Assembly: GCA_963675755.2 (NCBI GenBank)
Contig: CAXXMD010000003.1
Coordinates: 1,600,001-1,664,000, forward strand
From: a bacterium
GTDB taxonomy: Bacteria > Zhuqueibacterota > Zhuqueibacteria > Residuimicrobiales > Krinioviventaceae
Reading direction: 5' to 3'
DNA length: 64,000 bases
How positions within the stretch are numbered: position 1 is the first letter of the stretch; each line of letters starts with the position of its first letter. Below, piece by piece: positions 52,480-61,991 of this stretch. Below the pieces are notes generated by a model that worked only from the letters and a program-made list of their open reading frames with translations, was not told where the DNA came from and did not search any database. The position numbers were made by a program, and so were the translations under genes.

Positions 52480-54354
52480 ATGAAAAACAATAATATAAAA
52501 TCTGTTAAAGTTAATCAAAATCCTGTGGAGCGGGTTTCGCTGCTTGAAAGGGAGAATCGTTTATTAAAGCAAGAGCTTTTGTTATATAACAAAAGAGAAA
52601 CGTTAATAGGCCGACTTTATGATATTTCAGTAACGGGTTCTTTCGAGTGGGATTCTATTACAGACAAAATTTATTGTTCTTGTTCAATTTTAATGGACGA
52701 CGAGAGAGTTGATACTCGGAATATCAATGCAAGATTATCAGATCTTGTGTCAGAATATATTTTTCCTGAAGATCAAGCAAAGGTAATACAGGGATTTAAA
52801 TTAATTATTGAAAAGCAAGAGCCGAGTTCAATACTGGTTCGGATTATTAATAAAGAAAGAAAAATAAAGTGGTTCAGGCTTGAACCTGAAATTGTGTATG
52901 AATCTAATGGTTCTGGAAAACTTTTTGGCATTTTTCTGGATGTAACAGAATCAGAATTTTATAAGAAAAAAGAAGGTTCGGATCCCTTTCTACGAGAAAT
53001 TATTCAAGAAAGTAAAACTGGAACCGGGGTTATCAATAACCATACTATCCTAAAAGTAAATTCAATTACAAGCGATATTACGGGATTTCATATTTCAGAG
53101 TTGTTGGGCAATAGAATTGATATGCTTTTTTTATCAAATCTTGACTTTGATCGGTTTAAGAAAAAGATGAATGCGCAAATACTGGAACAGGGCGTTGCAA
53201 CATTTAGAACAGTTTGGAAACGCAAAGATCAAAAGTTAATCAATGTTCTTTTGACGTTTACTCCCATAAAGCACAAAAGTATTACCAGTGATATGATTTT
53301 TACCGTGTTGGATATAACAAAGGCAAAACAGTCTATTGGCGATTTACAGGAATCACAGAGAATGCTGTTAACCTTGTTTCATAATTTGCCGGGTATGGCG
53401 TATCGTTGTAAAAATGATCAATATTGGACCATGTTGTTTATCAGTAGTGGCTGCAATGAATTGACTGGTTACCAGGTAGATGATTTGATAAATAATAATA
53501 AAATAACTTATGCGGATGTAATACATCCGGATGATCGGGAATATGTTGTGAATGATGTGTCTATAGCGCTTTCTACCGGTAAACAATTTGAATTGGAATA
53601 CAGAATACTCACCGCAAAAAATAAAGTCAAATATGTATTAGAACGGGGTGTGGGTATTTTTGGCGAGAACAATGAGCTGTTGTTTATTGAGGGATTTATA
53701 TCAGATATTACCACTAAAAAGAGTGCTGAAGAAATTGTTAAAAAAGAATTGAAAGAAAAAGAGATTTTATTAAAAGAAATACATCATAGGGTTAAAAATA
53801 ATTTACAAATTATTACCAGTTTACTCAGCATTCAGGCAAGTCAAAGCAATGATTCTGTTATTCAACAAGCATTTTTAGAAAGCAAGAACCGTATTTATTC
53901 AATGGCCATTGTACATGAAAAGATGTATAGATCAGAAAATTTTTCTAAAATTGATTTTAAAGAATATATTGAATCCATAACGCAGGAGATTTTTTATTCA
54001 TATTCAGTTTTTGATAATGTTACATTTTCTGTCAATGTGAATAATATGTATTTAGAGCTGGATAAAGCAATATCCTGCGGATTAATAGTGAATGAATTAA
54101 TTACCAATACTGTCAAGCATGCGTTCCCGAATAACAATAAGGGATGTTTGAGTATAAATGCTGAACTGGAACAGGATATGTGTAGACTTGAGGTTAGAGA
54201 TAATGGTGTTGGCATAAGTAATGAGATTGATTTTTGGAAAGCAGAGTCTATGGGATTTATGCTTATCAAAGTTTTAACCAAACAAATAAATGGCAAACTT
54301 GAATTGAAAAATGATCAACCAGGTGTAGAGTTTGTAATAAACTTTTCTCTTTGA
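52480..54354 (+). CDS. PAS-domain sensor histidine kinase (HisKA_2/HWE-like)
   Basis: PAS 'IHPDDR', H-box 'EIHHRVKNNLQ', 'NELITN..KHAF' and 'DNGVG'. Confidence 0.9.
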   Translation: MKNNNIKSVKVNQNPVERVSLLERENRLLKQELLLYNKRETLIGRLYDISVTGSFEWDSITDKIYCSCSILMDDERVDTRNINARLSDLVSEYIFPEDQAKVIQGFKLIIEKQEPSSILVRIINKERKIKWFRLEPEIVYESNGSGKLFGIFLDVTESEFYKKKEGSDPFLREIIQESKTGTGVINNHTILKVNSITSDITGFHISELLGNRIDMLFLSNLDFDRFKKKMNAQILEQGVATFRTVWKRKDQKLINVLLTFTPIKHKSITSDMIFTVLDITKAKQSIGDLQESQRMLLTLFHNLPGMAYRCKNDQYWTMLFISSGCNELTGYQVDDLINNNKITYADVIHPDDREYVVNDVSIALSTGKQFELEYRILTAKNKVKYVLERGVGIFGENNELLFIEGFISDITTKKSAEEIVKKELKEKEILLKEIHHRVKNNLQIITSLLSIQASQSNDSVIQQAFLESKNRIYSMAIVHEKMYRSENFSKIDFKEYIESITQEIFYSYSVFDNVTFSVNVNNMYLELDKAISCGLIVNELITNTVKHAFPNNNKGCLSINAELEQDMCRLEVRDNGVGISNEIDFWKAESMGFMLIKVLTKQINGKLELKNDQPGVEFVINFSL

Positions 54355-54389
54355 TTTTTTATTTTTATATGTGTCGAAATAAAATAAAC

Positions 54390-54431
54390 TTATCCACATG
54401 GCTTTTATGGTGTCACCCGATATGTGGATAA
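54390..54431. promoter_or_regulatory. Inverted pair of perfect DnaA boxes
   Basis: TTATCCACA at 54390-54398 and TGTGGATAA at 54423-54431, intergenic. Confidence 0.5.
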
Positions 54432-54643
54432 CTGCCAAAAAATCAATCAATTAGAAGAATTTTATAGACTGGTCGGTTTATTTTATGGATTTTTTGTGCT
54501 CTTAAAAATCTCCTTTCTGCTTGAATTTTTACAATGAAAAAGATATATTAAAGTGCTGATTTTAATGAGGAAAGAAGCCTTTGGTATTAAATATTGCTTG
54601 TGATTCTGCACAATTCGGGATATATTTGTTTGGAGTATATCGC

Positions 54644-56404
54644 ATGATAAAAATTAAATTATTATATTTTCTAATTATTTTTTTGTTTGTGGGTTGTGCG
54701 TCCCGGAATGATGTACAAATTCAGGGTGAGCTCAAGACCTGGCACCGGGTTACATTTGTTGTAAAAGGACCGCAAGCATCAGAGGATGATCAGGAAAATC
54801 CTTTTTTAAATTATAGATTGTTGATCACCCTGACACAGGACAATCACAGAATAACGATACCTGGGTTTTTTGCAGCAGATGGTAATGCAGCAGAATCAGG
54901 CTCAAGCTCCGGTAATGTTTGGAAAGCGCATTTTATGCCGGGCAGAGAAGGTGTTTGGGAGTATTCAATATCTTTTCGAAAAGGAGATATGATAGCACTT
55001 GATCCTGTAATGGCTGCAGGTAGGCCAGTGAATCCGGATGGGATAAAAGGTACAATAGAAATATTAAAAACTGATAAATCAGGCAAAGATTTTAGAGGAA
55101 AAGGCCAGCTTTGTCAAATTGGTGAACACTATTTGCAATTTACAGAAACAGGCGAATATTTTCTCAAAGGCGGGGCAGACAGTCCCGAGAATTTTTTAGC
55201 CTATTATGAATTTGATGGTACTCCAAAACCAACACATCAATATGAGCCTCATTCTCAGGATTGGAATGAGGGTGATCCTTTATGGCAGGGCATTAAAGGC
55301 AAAAATATTATAGGTGCTCTCAACTATCTTGCATCAAAAGATATGAATTCAGTCTATTTTTTAACTATGAATGTAGAGGGTGATGGGGATGATGTTTGGC
55401 CCTGGATTGCACCCGATCAACGTGAAAGATTTGATTGCAGCAAGCTGGAGCAGTGGGAAATAGTATTTTCTCATATGGACAAGCTGGGATTAATGATGCA
55501 TGTAATCACCCAGGAAACTGAAAATGATACACTGCTTGATAAAGGTGAGTTGGATGTTGAAAGAAAATTATATTACAGAGAATTGATAGCGCGCTTTGCA
55601 CATCACCCGGCTCTTGTATGGAACCTTGGTGAAGAAAATACCAATACCGATGCCCAACGAATGGCATTTGCAGAGTATATAAAATTGAATGATCCCTATC
55701 AGCATCCTATAGTTGTGCATACTTTTCCCAATCAATATGATCAAGTCTATACGCCGTTACTTGAGGATGAGAATTTTGATGGTCCATCGTTGCAGATGGG
55801 AGATGTAAGAAATACCCATAGTGAAACATTGAAATGGCTTGAACGATCTGAAAAAAGCGGCAATTTATGGTTTGTATGCCTGGATGAGATAGGGCCTGCA
55901 AATACCGGTGTAAAACCCGATGCAGATGATTCTACTCATGATGAAGTGAGAAGATATGGTCTGTGGGGAAATCTTTTAGCTGGTGGCAGTGGCTGCGAAT
56001 GGTATTTTGGCTACAAGTATGCAAATAATGACTTGAATTGTGAAGATTGGCGTTCAAGAGAAAATATGTGGGATCAAACCCGTTACGCGTTGGATTTTTT
56101 CAATCAATATCTGCCATTCTGGGAAATGAAAGCTCATGACGAACTTTTATCCAACGAAAACGCCTGGTGCTTTGCAAAGCCAGGCTTTATTTATGTGATT
56201 TATTTACCGGATGGTATTAATTCTCGCATTCAATTGTTAGAAGGAACTTTTACTGTTAAATGGTACAATCCATTAACAGGAGGCCAACTTAATAATGGGT
56301 CTGTTGAAACGGTATCCGGGCCCGGTTATGTTGAATTTGGTGATCCATTAATATCTATTGACAGAGATAAAGTAGTTTTAATTGAAACAATAAATAATAA
56401 TTAA
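54644..56404 (+). CDS. DUF5060 / apiosidase-like glycoside hydrolase lipoprotein with C-terminal collagen-binding-like domain
   Basis: 'FVGC' lipobox; 'NPFLNYRL', 'PGFFAADG', 'WNLGEEN' and 'WYNPLTG'. Confidence 0.65.
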   Translation: MIKIKLLYFLIIFLFVGCASRNDVQIQGELKTWHRVTFVVKGPQASEDDQENPFLNYRLLITLTQDNHRITIPGFFAADGNAAESGSSSGNVWKAHFMPGREGVWEYSISFRKGDMIALDPVMAAGRPVNPDGIKGTIEILKTDKSGKDFRGKGQLCQIGEHYLQFTETGEYFLKGGADSPENFLAYYEFDGTPKPTHQYEPHSQDWNEGDPLWQGIKGKNIIGALNYLASKDMNSVYFLTMNVEGDGDDVWPWIAPDQRERFDCSKLEQWEIVFSHMDKLGLMMHVITQETENDTLLDKGELDVERKLYYRELIARFAHHPALVWNLGEENTNTDAQRMAFAEYIKLNDPYQHPIVVHTFPNQYDQVYTPLLEDENFDGPSLQMGDVRNTHSETLKWLERSEKSGNLWFVCLDEIGPANTGVKPDADDSTHDEVRRYGLWGNLLAGGSGCEWYFGYKYANNDLNCEDWRSRENMWDQTRYALDFFNQYLPFWEMKAHDELLSNENAWCFAKPGFIYVIYLPDGINSRIQLLEGTFTVKWYNPLTGGQLNNGSVETVSGPGYVEFGDPLISIDRDKVVLIETINNN

Positions 56405-56471
56405 TAGAACCAATTGAGACATATTTAAATTGCTTTAGAAAAGAATGAGGCAAGCGGTTTGAAAGGGAGGG

Positions 56472-56852
56472 ATGTTGAGCAAGAAAAAGGTCCTGGTTGT
56501 TGAGGATGAGGCAATAATAGCCCAAGATACAAAATTAAAGCTAGAGTCTAATGGATATCAGGTTGTTGACATTGTTTATACCGGTGAAGATGCGTTGGAA
56601 AGTATTAAAAGCGTAAAGCCCGATATTGTATTGATGGATGTTTTATTGGATGGTAAACTGGATGGATTTGAAACTGCTGATGCAATTCAGGAACAGGGAC
56701 CTACACCCGTCTTGTTTATCAGTGCGCATTCGGAAAAGGAATTAATGAATAAAGCGATAACAAATCCACTTTACAAATATCTGGTAAAGCCCCTGACTTT
56801 GGAAGATTTGATGAATTCAATTGAACAACTGCTGAACCACAGAGCTGATTAA
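56472..56852 (+). CDS. Single-domain response regulator
   Basis: Motifs 'VLVVEDE', 'PDIVLMD' and 'YLVKP'. Confidence 0.9.
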   Translation: MLSKKKVLVVEDEAIIAQDTKLKLESNGYQVVDIVYTGEDALESIKSVKPDIVLMDVLLDGKLDGFETADAIQEQGPTPVLFISAHSEKELMNKAITNPLYKYLVKPLTLEDLMNSIEQLLNHRAD

Positions 56853-56857
56853 CACAT

Positions 56858-58042
56858 ATGGAAACAAAGACCCGCACTGCATTATTTATCTGTTTTTTTG
56901 TTTGTTATGTTTTCCCTTTATTTGGAATCGAATACGTTACAACTGTACCCAAATCAGGGGATGGTATATATGCCTTGTTAAGGCGTTATAATTTACCGAC
57001 AACCCCTGAATATGTAAATGAATTTAAAACCATCAACTCGGATAATTTAAACAATAATTATAAGCTAATTAGTGGTAAAGTATATGAATTACCATTATAT
57101 CAGTTAACTTTTGATGGAAAAACAATTCGTACAACATTGGGTTATAATGATTATCAACATGCGAAAATTATAGAAAATTATAACCGGGAAGTAACTCGAT
57201 CCGGAGTTAAAGGTCAGTTATATACCCGTGATTTAAAATTATGGGTGCCGTTCAGTATGATGCCGGAATCCGTAGAGATCAATCACGAGACCGAGACCTT
57301 GGGCGGTGGTAATAATACATTCCCCATATTTGGTGAAAAATATAAGAATGTAAAGCTTGTAGATAATCAGCTAAAAGGTGCTGTCTATTACCTTGTAAGC
57401 GGACATGGCGGACCTGATCCCGGAGCAATTGGAAAACGCGCGCGTAATAAAATGTGTGAAGATGAATACGCGTATGATATCACACTCCGGCTGGCACGCA
57501 GACTTTTAGAGCATGGCGCCAAAGTTTACATGATAGTTCGTGATCAGAATGATGGAATTAGAGACAGTCATTATTTGAAATGTGATAGTGATGAAATCTA
57601 TTATGGTGGACACAAGATTTCTGCACAAACGGTCACTCGCCTTGACAAACGCGCGGAAATCATAAACCAGTTATATAATCAAAATAAAGCGATCTATTCA
57701 ACTCAACAGGTAGTGATTATACATGTTGATTCAAGATCGTATTCAAAGCGGATAGATATCTTTTATTATTATGAAAAAGGTGTTGCGGCAAGTAAAAAAC
57801 TGGCAACAACTCTTTACAAGACTGTAAAAAATAAATATGCAATACACCAGCCTGGTAGAGGTTACGGAGGCAAAGTTCTTACAAGAGATTTGCATATGCT
57901 CCGTAAAACCGTACCAACGGCTGTATATATAGAATTAGGAAATATACGCAATCCTCTTGACCAGGACCGTCTGGTTCTCGAAAATAACAGACAGGCGGTT
58001 GCAAATTGGTTGTGCGAGGGGATAATTAAGGCTTTTAAATAA
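56858..58042 (+). CDS. N-acetylmuramoyl-L-alanine amidase (Amidase_3) with LysM-like N-terminus
   Basis: Motifs 'SGHGGPDPGA', 'EDEYA', 'IIHVDS' and 'YIELGN'. Confidence 0.85.
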   Translation: METKTRTALFICFFVCYVFPLFGIEYVTTVPKSGDGIYALLRRYNLPTTPEYVNEFKTINSDNLNNNYKLISGKVYELPLYQLTFDGKTIRTTLGYNDYQHAKIIENYNREVTRSGVKGQLYTRDLKLWVPFSMMPESVEINHETETLGGGNNTFPIFGEKYKNVKLVDNQLKGAVYYLVSGHGGPDPGAIGKRARNKMCEDEYAYDITLRLARRLLEHGAKVYMIVRDQNDGIRDSHYLKCDSDEIYYGGHKISAQTVTRLDKRAEIINQLYNQNKAIYSTQQVVIIHVDSRSYSKRIDIFYYYEKGVAASKKLATTLYKTVKNKYAIHQPGRGYGGKVLTRDLHMLRKTVPTAVYIELGNIRNPLDQDRLVLENNRQAVANWLCEGIIKAFK

Positions 58043-58054
58043 AGGAAATAAAAC

Positions 58055-58357
58055 ATGCAGGAATTAACCGGAGCACAAAAAAAATACCTGAGAGGGCTTG
58101 CGAACCCTCTGAAACCAATAATATTGATTGGTAAAAACGGACTGTCGGGTGAAGTGCTTGAATCTATTAATGAAGCATTAGAAGCACACGAGCTGCTCAA
58201 AATTAAATATAATGAATTTAAAGAAGAGAAAAAGAGCTTTAATGCACAAATTGCTGAAAAATGTGAATGCCATTGGGTAGGTGGTGTAGGGCACACTGCG
58301 CTATTTTATCGACAAAATGAAGATAAATCAAAACGGCAGATTAAATTGCCAAAATAA
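58055..58357 (+). CDS. yhbY: CRM-domain RNA-binding protein YhbY
   Basis: Motifs 'LTGAQKKYLRGLA', 'IGKNG' and 'HELLKIK'. Confidence 0.9.
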   Translation: MQELTGAQKKYLRGLANPLKPIILIGKNGLSGEVLESINEALEAHELLKIKYNEFKEEKKSFNAQIAEKCECHWVGGVGHTALFYRQNEDKSKRQIKLPK

Positions 58358-58375
58358 AATATCCCGGAGTATTTT

Positions 58376-60337
58376 ATGGATGATTATAGATCACTAACAG
58401 CTCGCGATATAGAGATACTAGAATCTAATGGCTGTTATTCCCAATCTTGGGAGATGATTAAAGTAAAACCCGGATTCCAACCGGAATTCTTTCGAAATGT
58501 CAGATTTTCCGGAGATGTATTACTTGGTAATAATTCAAGAAACATTGAATTGCCAGGGGGCCGCGCCTTTCATTCAGGGATCGAAAATGCAGTTATCCAC
58601 AATTGTGTCATCGAAGACAATGTTTATATAGCGAATGTACATACCACAATTGCCAATTACAGAATTAAGGATTATGCGGTAATAGAAAATGTTGGCACTT
58701 TATTGGTTGAGGGCGAGTCTTCCTTTGGGAATGGTACTGAAGTTAAAGTTATAAATGAAGGTGGTGGCAGAGAAGTGCCTATTTATGACAGACTGTCAGC
58801 TCAGACAGCCTATTTTTTAGCGATGTACCGGCACCGGCATAAACTGATCCAGCGTTTGGAACACATGATTGAAATGTATACGGATACGGTTATATCATTT
58901 CAGGGAACAATTGGTGAGCATGCACAGATACGGGATTGTAAAATATTAAAGAATCTTAATATTGGATCTTATGCAAAGCTGGAGGGAGCCGAACACCTTG
59001 AAAATGGATCAATAAACAGCGTTGAAGAGGATCCTGCGTTTATTGGAAGCGGTGTTATTGCTAAAAACTTTATTACCTCTTCCGGTTCAGTTATTGATGA
59101 TGGTGCTGTTGTTAACAATTTTTTCCTGGGACAGGCAAGCCGAATAGGCGGGCAATTTTCAGGAGAAAATCTTTTGGTTTTTGGCAATAGTGTGTGTTTG
59201 AATGGAGAAGCTTTTTCCGCTTTTATTGGTCCCTTTACTTTAACAGACCATAAATCTTCTTTAATTATAGCTGGAATTGTATCGTACTGGAATGCGGGTA
59301 GCGGAACGAATCAGAGTAATCATTTGTATAAACTGGGCCCTATACATCAGGGCATTATGGAGCGCGGCTGTAAAACCGCAAGCAATGCCTATATTATGTG
59401 GCCCGCACAAATCGGTGCGTTTTCTATGATCATGGGCAGGGTGTATACCCATCCTGATACTTCTGATATGCCTTTTTCATATGTTATTGGCAATACCGAT
59501 GGTACTACAACATTGATACCCGGTATTAATTTAAAATCCGTTGGCATGTTTAGAGATGCCGTAAAATGGCCACGTAGAGATAATCGTAAAGACCCGGTTT
59601 TGATTGACCGTATACATCCGAATGTGTTTACCACCTATACTGTGGAAAAAATGATCAAAGCGTTATCGCTTCTCAGATCCTTTGGAGATAAAGATGTAGA
59701 ATATAATGGCTGTATCATCAAGAAAAGTGCTATTGTAAGGGGCATTGAACTATATGACCGGTCTATAAATTTTTTCCTGGGTAAATTTCTGATTCGCAGT
59801 ATTAAAGAGAACTCTACTTTTAAAGAGTGGACTGATTCACTTGCCATTGAAAACAAGATAGCTGAAGGTGAGTGGCTGGATATTGCTGGAATGGTTGCTC
59901 CCAAGGAGGCATTGCATAATGTAATGGAAGATGTTGAAAATGGAAGAATCAGCAGCCTTTCACAGTTTAGACCTATTGTTTGTGGTATTCATTTCAATTA
60001 TCAGTCTTATCTTATGCCCTGGATTTGTAAACAACTGGAAAATCGTACTGGAAAGCACCCCAAAGACTGGAATGTGGATAACTTGAAAGAGTTTTCCACA
60101 ACTTATGAGCAGGCCATTGATTTTTATCATGATTTGTTATTGACAGACGCTTTAAAAGAGTTTGCACCGGATGTTAGAATCAGCTATGGACACAATGGAA
60201 CAGAGCAGGACCGCTATGCGGATTTTGCTGCCGTGAGAGGGGAATATGAATCTCATGTGATCATTGGGGATATTCGGGAATATTTTCAGGATAAAAAACA
60301 AGAACTGGAAAAAGCCAACCATTTGTTAAATTCTTAA
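58376..60337 (+). CDS. DUF4954 family protein (left-handed beta-helix-like)
   Basis: Motifs 'SSFGNGTEV.VINEGGGREV', 'HKSSLIIA' and 'NAGSGTNQSNHLYKLGPIHQG'. Confidence 0.75.
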   Translation: MDDYRSLTARDIEILESNGCYSQSWEMIKVKPGFQPEFFRNVRFSGDVLLGNNSRNIELPGGRAFHSGIENAVIHNCVIEDNVYIANVHTTIANYRIKDYAVIENVGTLLVEGESSFGNGTEVKVINEGGGREVPIYDRLSAQTAYFLAMYRHRHKLIQRLEHMIEMYTDTVISFQGTIGEHAQIRDCKILKNLNIGSYAKLEGAEHLENGSINSVEEDPAFIGSGVIAKNFITSSGSVIDDGAVVNNFFLGQASRIGGQFSGENLLVFGNSVCLNGEAFSAFIGPFTLTDHKSSLIIAGIVSYWNAGSGTNQSNHLYKLGPIHQGIMERGCKTASNAYIMWPAQIGAFSMIMGRVYTHPDTSDMPFSYVIGNTDGTTTLIPGINLKSVGMFRDAVKWPRRDNRKDPVLIDRIHPNVFTTYTVEKMIKALSLLRSFGDKDVEYNGCIIKKSAIVRGIELYDRSINFFLGKFLIRSIKENSTFKEWTDSLAIENKIAEGEWLDIAGMVAPKEALHNVMEDVENGRISSLSQFRPIVCGIHFNYQSYLMPWICKQLENRTGKHPKDWNVDNLKEFSTTYEQAIDFYHDLLLTDALKEFAPDVRISYGHNGTEQDRYADFAAVRGEYESHVIIGDIREYFQDKKQELEKANHLLNS

Positions 60338-60342
60338 TTATC

Positions 60343-60370
60343 AGGCCCTGTTGAAAAGACAGGGCTTTTT
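60343..60370 (+). terminator. Intrinsic terminator
   Basis: GCCCTGT-TGAAAAG-ACAGGGC followed by a T-tract. Confidence 0.7.
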
Positions 60371-60441
60371 CTTATCCGGATGACAATTGTTTGATTGTTG
60401 CGTTTTGTATTTATTTCAAGAGGGGGGATTAGAGTAGACAT

Positions 60442-60468
60442 AAAAAAAGGCTGCCATTTGACAGCCTT
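60442..60468 (-). terminator. Intrinsic terminator of the minus-strand operon
   Basis: On the + strand AAAAAAAGGCTG-CCATTTGA-CAGCCTT, giving a hairpin plus U-tract on the - strand. Confidence 0.65.
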
Positions 60469-60474
60469 AAAAGA

Positions 60475-60843
60475 TCATGATTGAGAGGCAATAGACCGAA
60501 TCAGTCGCTTGAGCATTTTTTCGATATTCTCACAATTTTCCATTATTTCTTCCATGCCTTTGTGGTAACCCAAATCTTCTGCTAGTGTTAGCAGATACCG
60601 GAGTTGTTCAATTTCCGTAAGGGCGACTCTGTAGTAATGGACTTTGGTTTTTTTGCCCCGCTTTTGGAATCCAATAGCAATATTGGACGGTATGATCACT
60701 GCCACATCCCGTAGTTTGCTGGAAAGGTAGGATTGGTCCTTTTTCGGAAATTTAGTGGTGATTTGAAAGATTTCCAATACCATTTCATGGCTTTTTTGCC
60801 AAACTACCAGATCGTGGAATGATTCTACTTTTTTGTTCATCAT
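60475..60843 (-). CDS. Four-helix-bundle protein (23S rRNA IVP / TIGR02436-like)
   Basis: Motifs 'FHDLVVWQKS', 'FPK...YLSSKLR' and 'IPSNIA.G'. Confidence 0.85.
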   Translation of the reverse strand: MMNKKVESFHDLVVWQKSHEMVLEIFQITTKFPKKDQSYLSSKLRDVAVIIPSNIAIGFQKRGKKTKVHYYRVALTEIEQLRYLLTLAEDLGYHKGMEEIMENCENIEKMLKRLIRSIASQS

Positions 60844-60934
60844 TCATTTTATTCCTATGCTATTAAGTCTATTTAAATATATCATTTCATAAAGCAAAAT
60901 CAAATTAATTTTATATAAAGAATGCATTGTTTCG

Positions 60935-61594
60935 CTAAAAAGGGTAAATTGCTATACCTGCGGAGAGTCGATAACCTCCAACGCTTGTGGCTTCAAATCC
61001 GGGTCTGCCGTTATAGCTACCTGATGATATGTCGAATTCACCATATATTGCCATAAAAGGAACCGGAAAATATTCTATTCCCAGCTCAAGATAAAAGCCA
61101 CTTCCCAGATCGTTATCTGCTTCCGCTTTTATAGAAGTAGCCGTTTCATCAACAGTAAAAATTGAAATGTCTACAGCTTCCTTAACATCAAAAAAGCCAA
61201 TGCCAAAACCATAATATGAACTAAACTTGCTATCAATGGGGGGGTGTACTCTGACACCGATTTTGTACCATTTTTCATCCCATTTGGCATTTTCAAGATT
61301 AAAATCGGTATCTTTATAGGTTCCGGATTTTCCGCTTTTTGAAAATTGGCCATATTTAAATACAGCATAATAGCTCCTGTAAAAACGAGCAGATGCAAAT
61401 GCTCCAACAGAACCACCCCATTTATTTGAATAAATTTCATCAAAATCATCAAAAGAGATTCTGAAAAATGCGGCATCTCCGCCAAAGGATACACGAGGTT
61501 GATTGTATGCATAAAAACCTTGTGAAAAAACAGGAGTTATAACGCCTAAAAGTAATCCAATAATCATCCAGTTTAAAATTTGTTTAATTTGCAT
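60935..61594 (-). CDS. Small outer-membrane beta-barrel protein
   Basis: Signal peptide, alternating aromatic strands and C-terminal 'AIYPF'. Confidence 0.6.
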   Translation of the reverse strand: MQIKQILNWMIIGLLLGVITPVFSQGFYAYNQPRVSFGGDAAFFRISFDDFDEIYSNKWGGSVGAFASARFYRSYYAVFKYGQFSKSGKSGTYKDTDFNLENAKWDEKWYKIGVRVHPPIDSKFSSYYGFGIGFFDVKEAVDISIFTVDETATSIKAEADNDLGSGFYLELGIEYFPVPFMAIYGEFDISSGSYNGRPGFEATSVGGYRLSAGIAIYPF

Positions 61595-61991
61595 TTTGGG
61601 TCCTGTACTTTTGAATCAGAATATATAATAGTTTAAATAGCAATCCTGCAAATAAAATTCCCAGGAAATCTGCAAGAAAATCCATAACATCACCTTGTCT
61701 GCCGGGTATTGGTATTTGGTGAAGTTCATCAAATATTGCAAATATACTGCTGATTAATATACCCTTGTTCCATTGATTTTGTTTCACAACCGGACCATTT
61801 TTTACAATAGCCAGTAATACAAGTGCAGATAGAATAAAATATACACCAAAGTGTGCTAGTTTGTCTACAGGATCAAAACCAATATCCGGTAACTTGATAG
61901 ATGGATAAGATGTTAAAGCTAAAATAACAATAGCCCAAATGAAGGCCGGCAGTTGGTATATAATAAACGGTAGTGTGCGAGTTTTATCCAT
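61584..61991 (-). CDS. VanZ family membrane protein
   Basis: Motifs 'DKLAHFGVY', 'DELHQ..IPGR' and 'DFLAD'. Confidence 0.88.
   Translation of the reverse strand: MDKTRTLPFIIYQLPAFIWAIVILALTSYPSIKLPDIGFDPVDKLAHFGVYFILSALVLLAIVKNGPVVKQNQWNKGILISSIFAIFDELHQIPIPGRQGDVMDFLADFLGILFAGLLFKLLYILIQKYRTQNAN

Noticed and set aside
16126-60081. Isolated perfect DnaA boxes at 16126, 58593 and 60073
   Set aside because: Single 9-mers, two of them inside genes, which is compatible with chance in AT-rich DNA.
60475-60843. Four-helix-bundle protein as the Avd of a diversity-generating retroelement
   Set aside because: No reverse transcriptase or adenine-specific TR/VR pair is visible; it ends a housekeeping operon.
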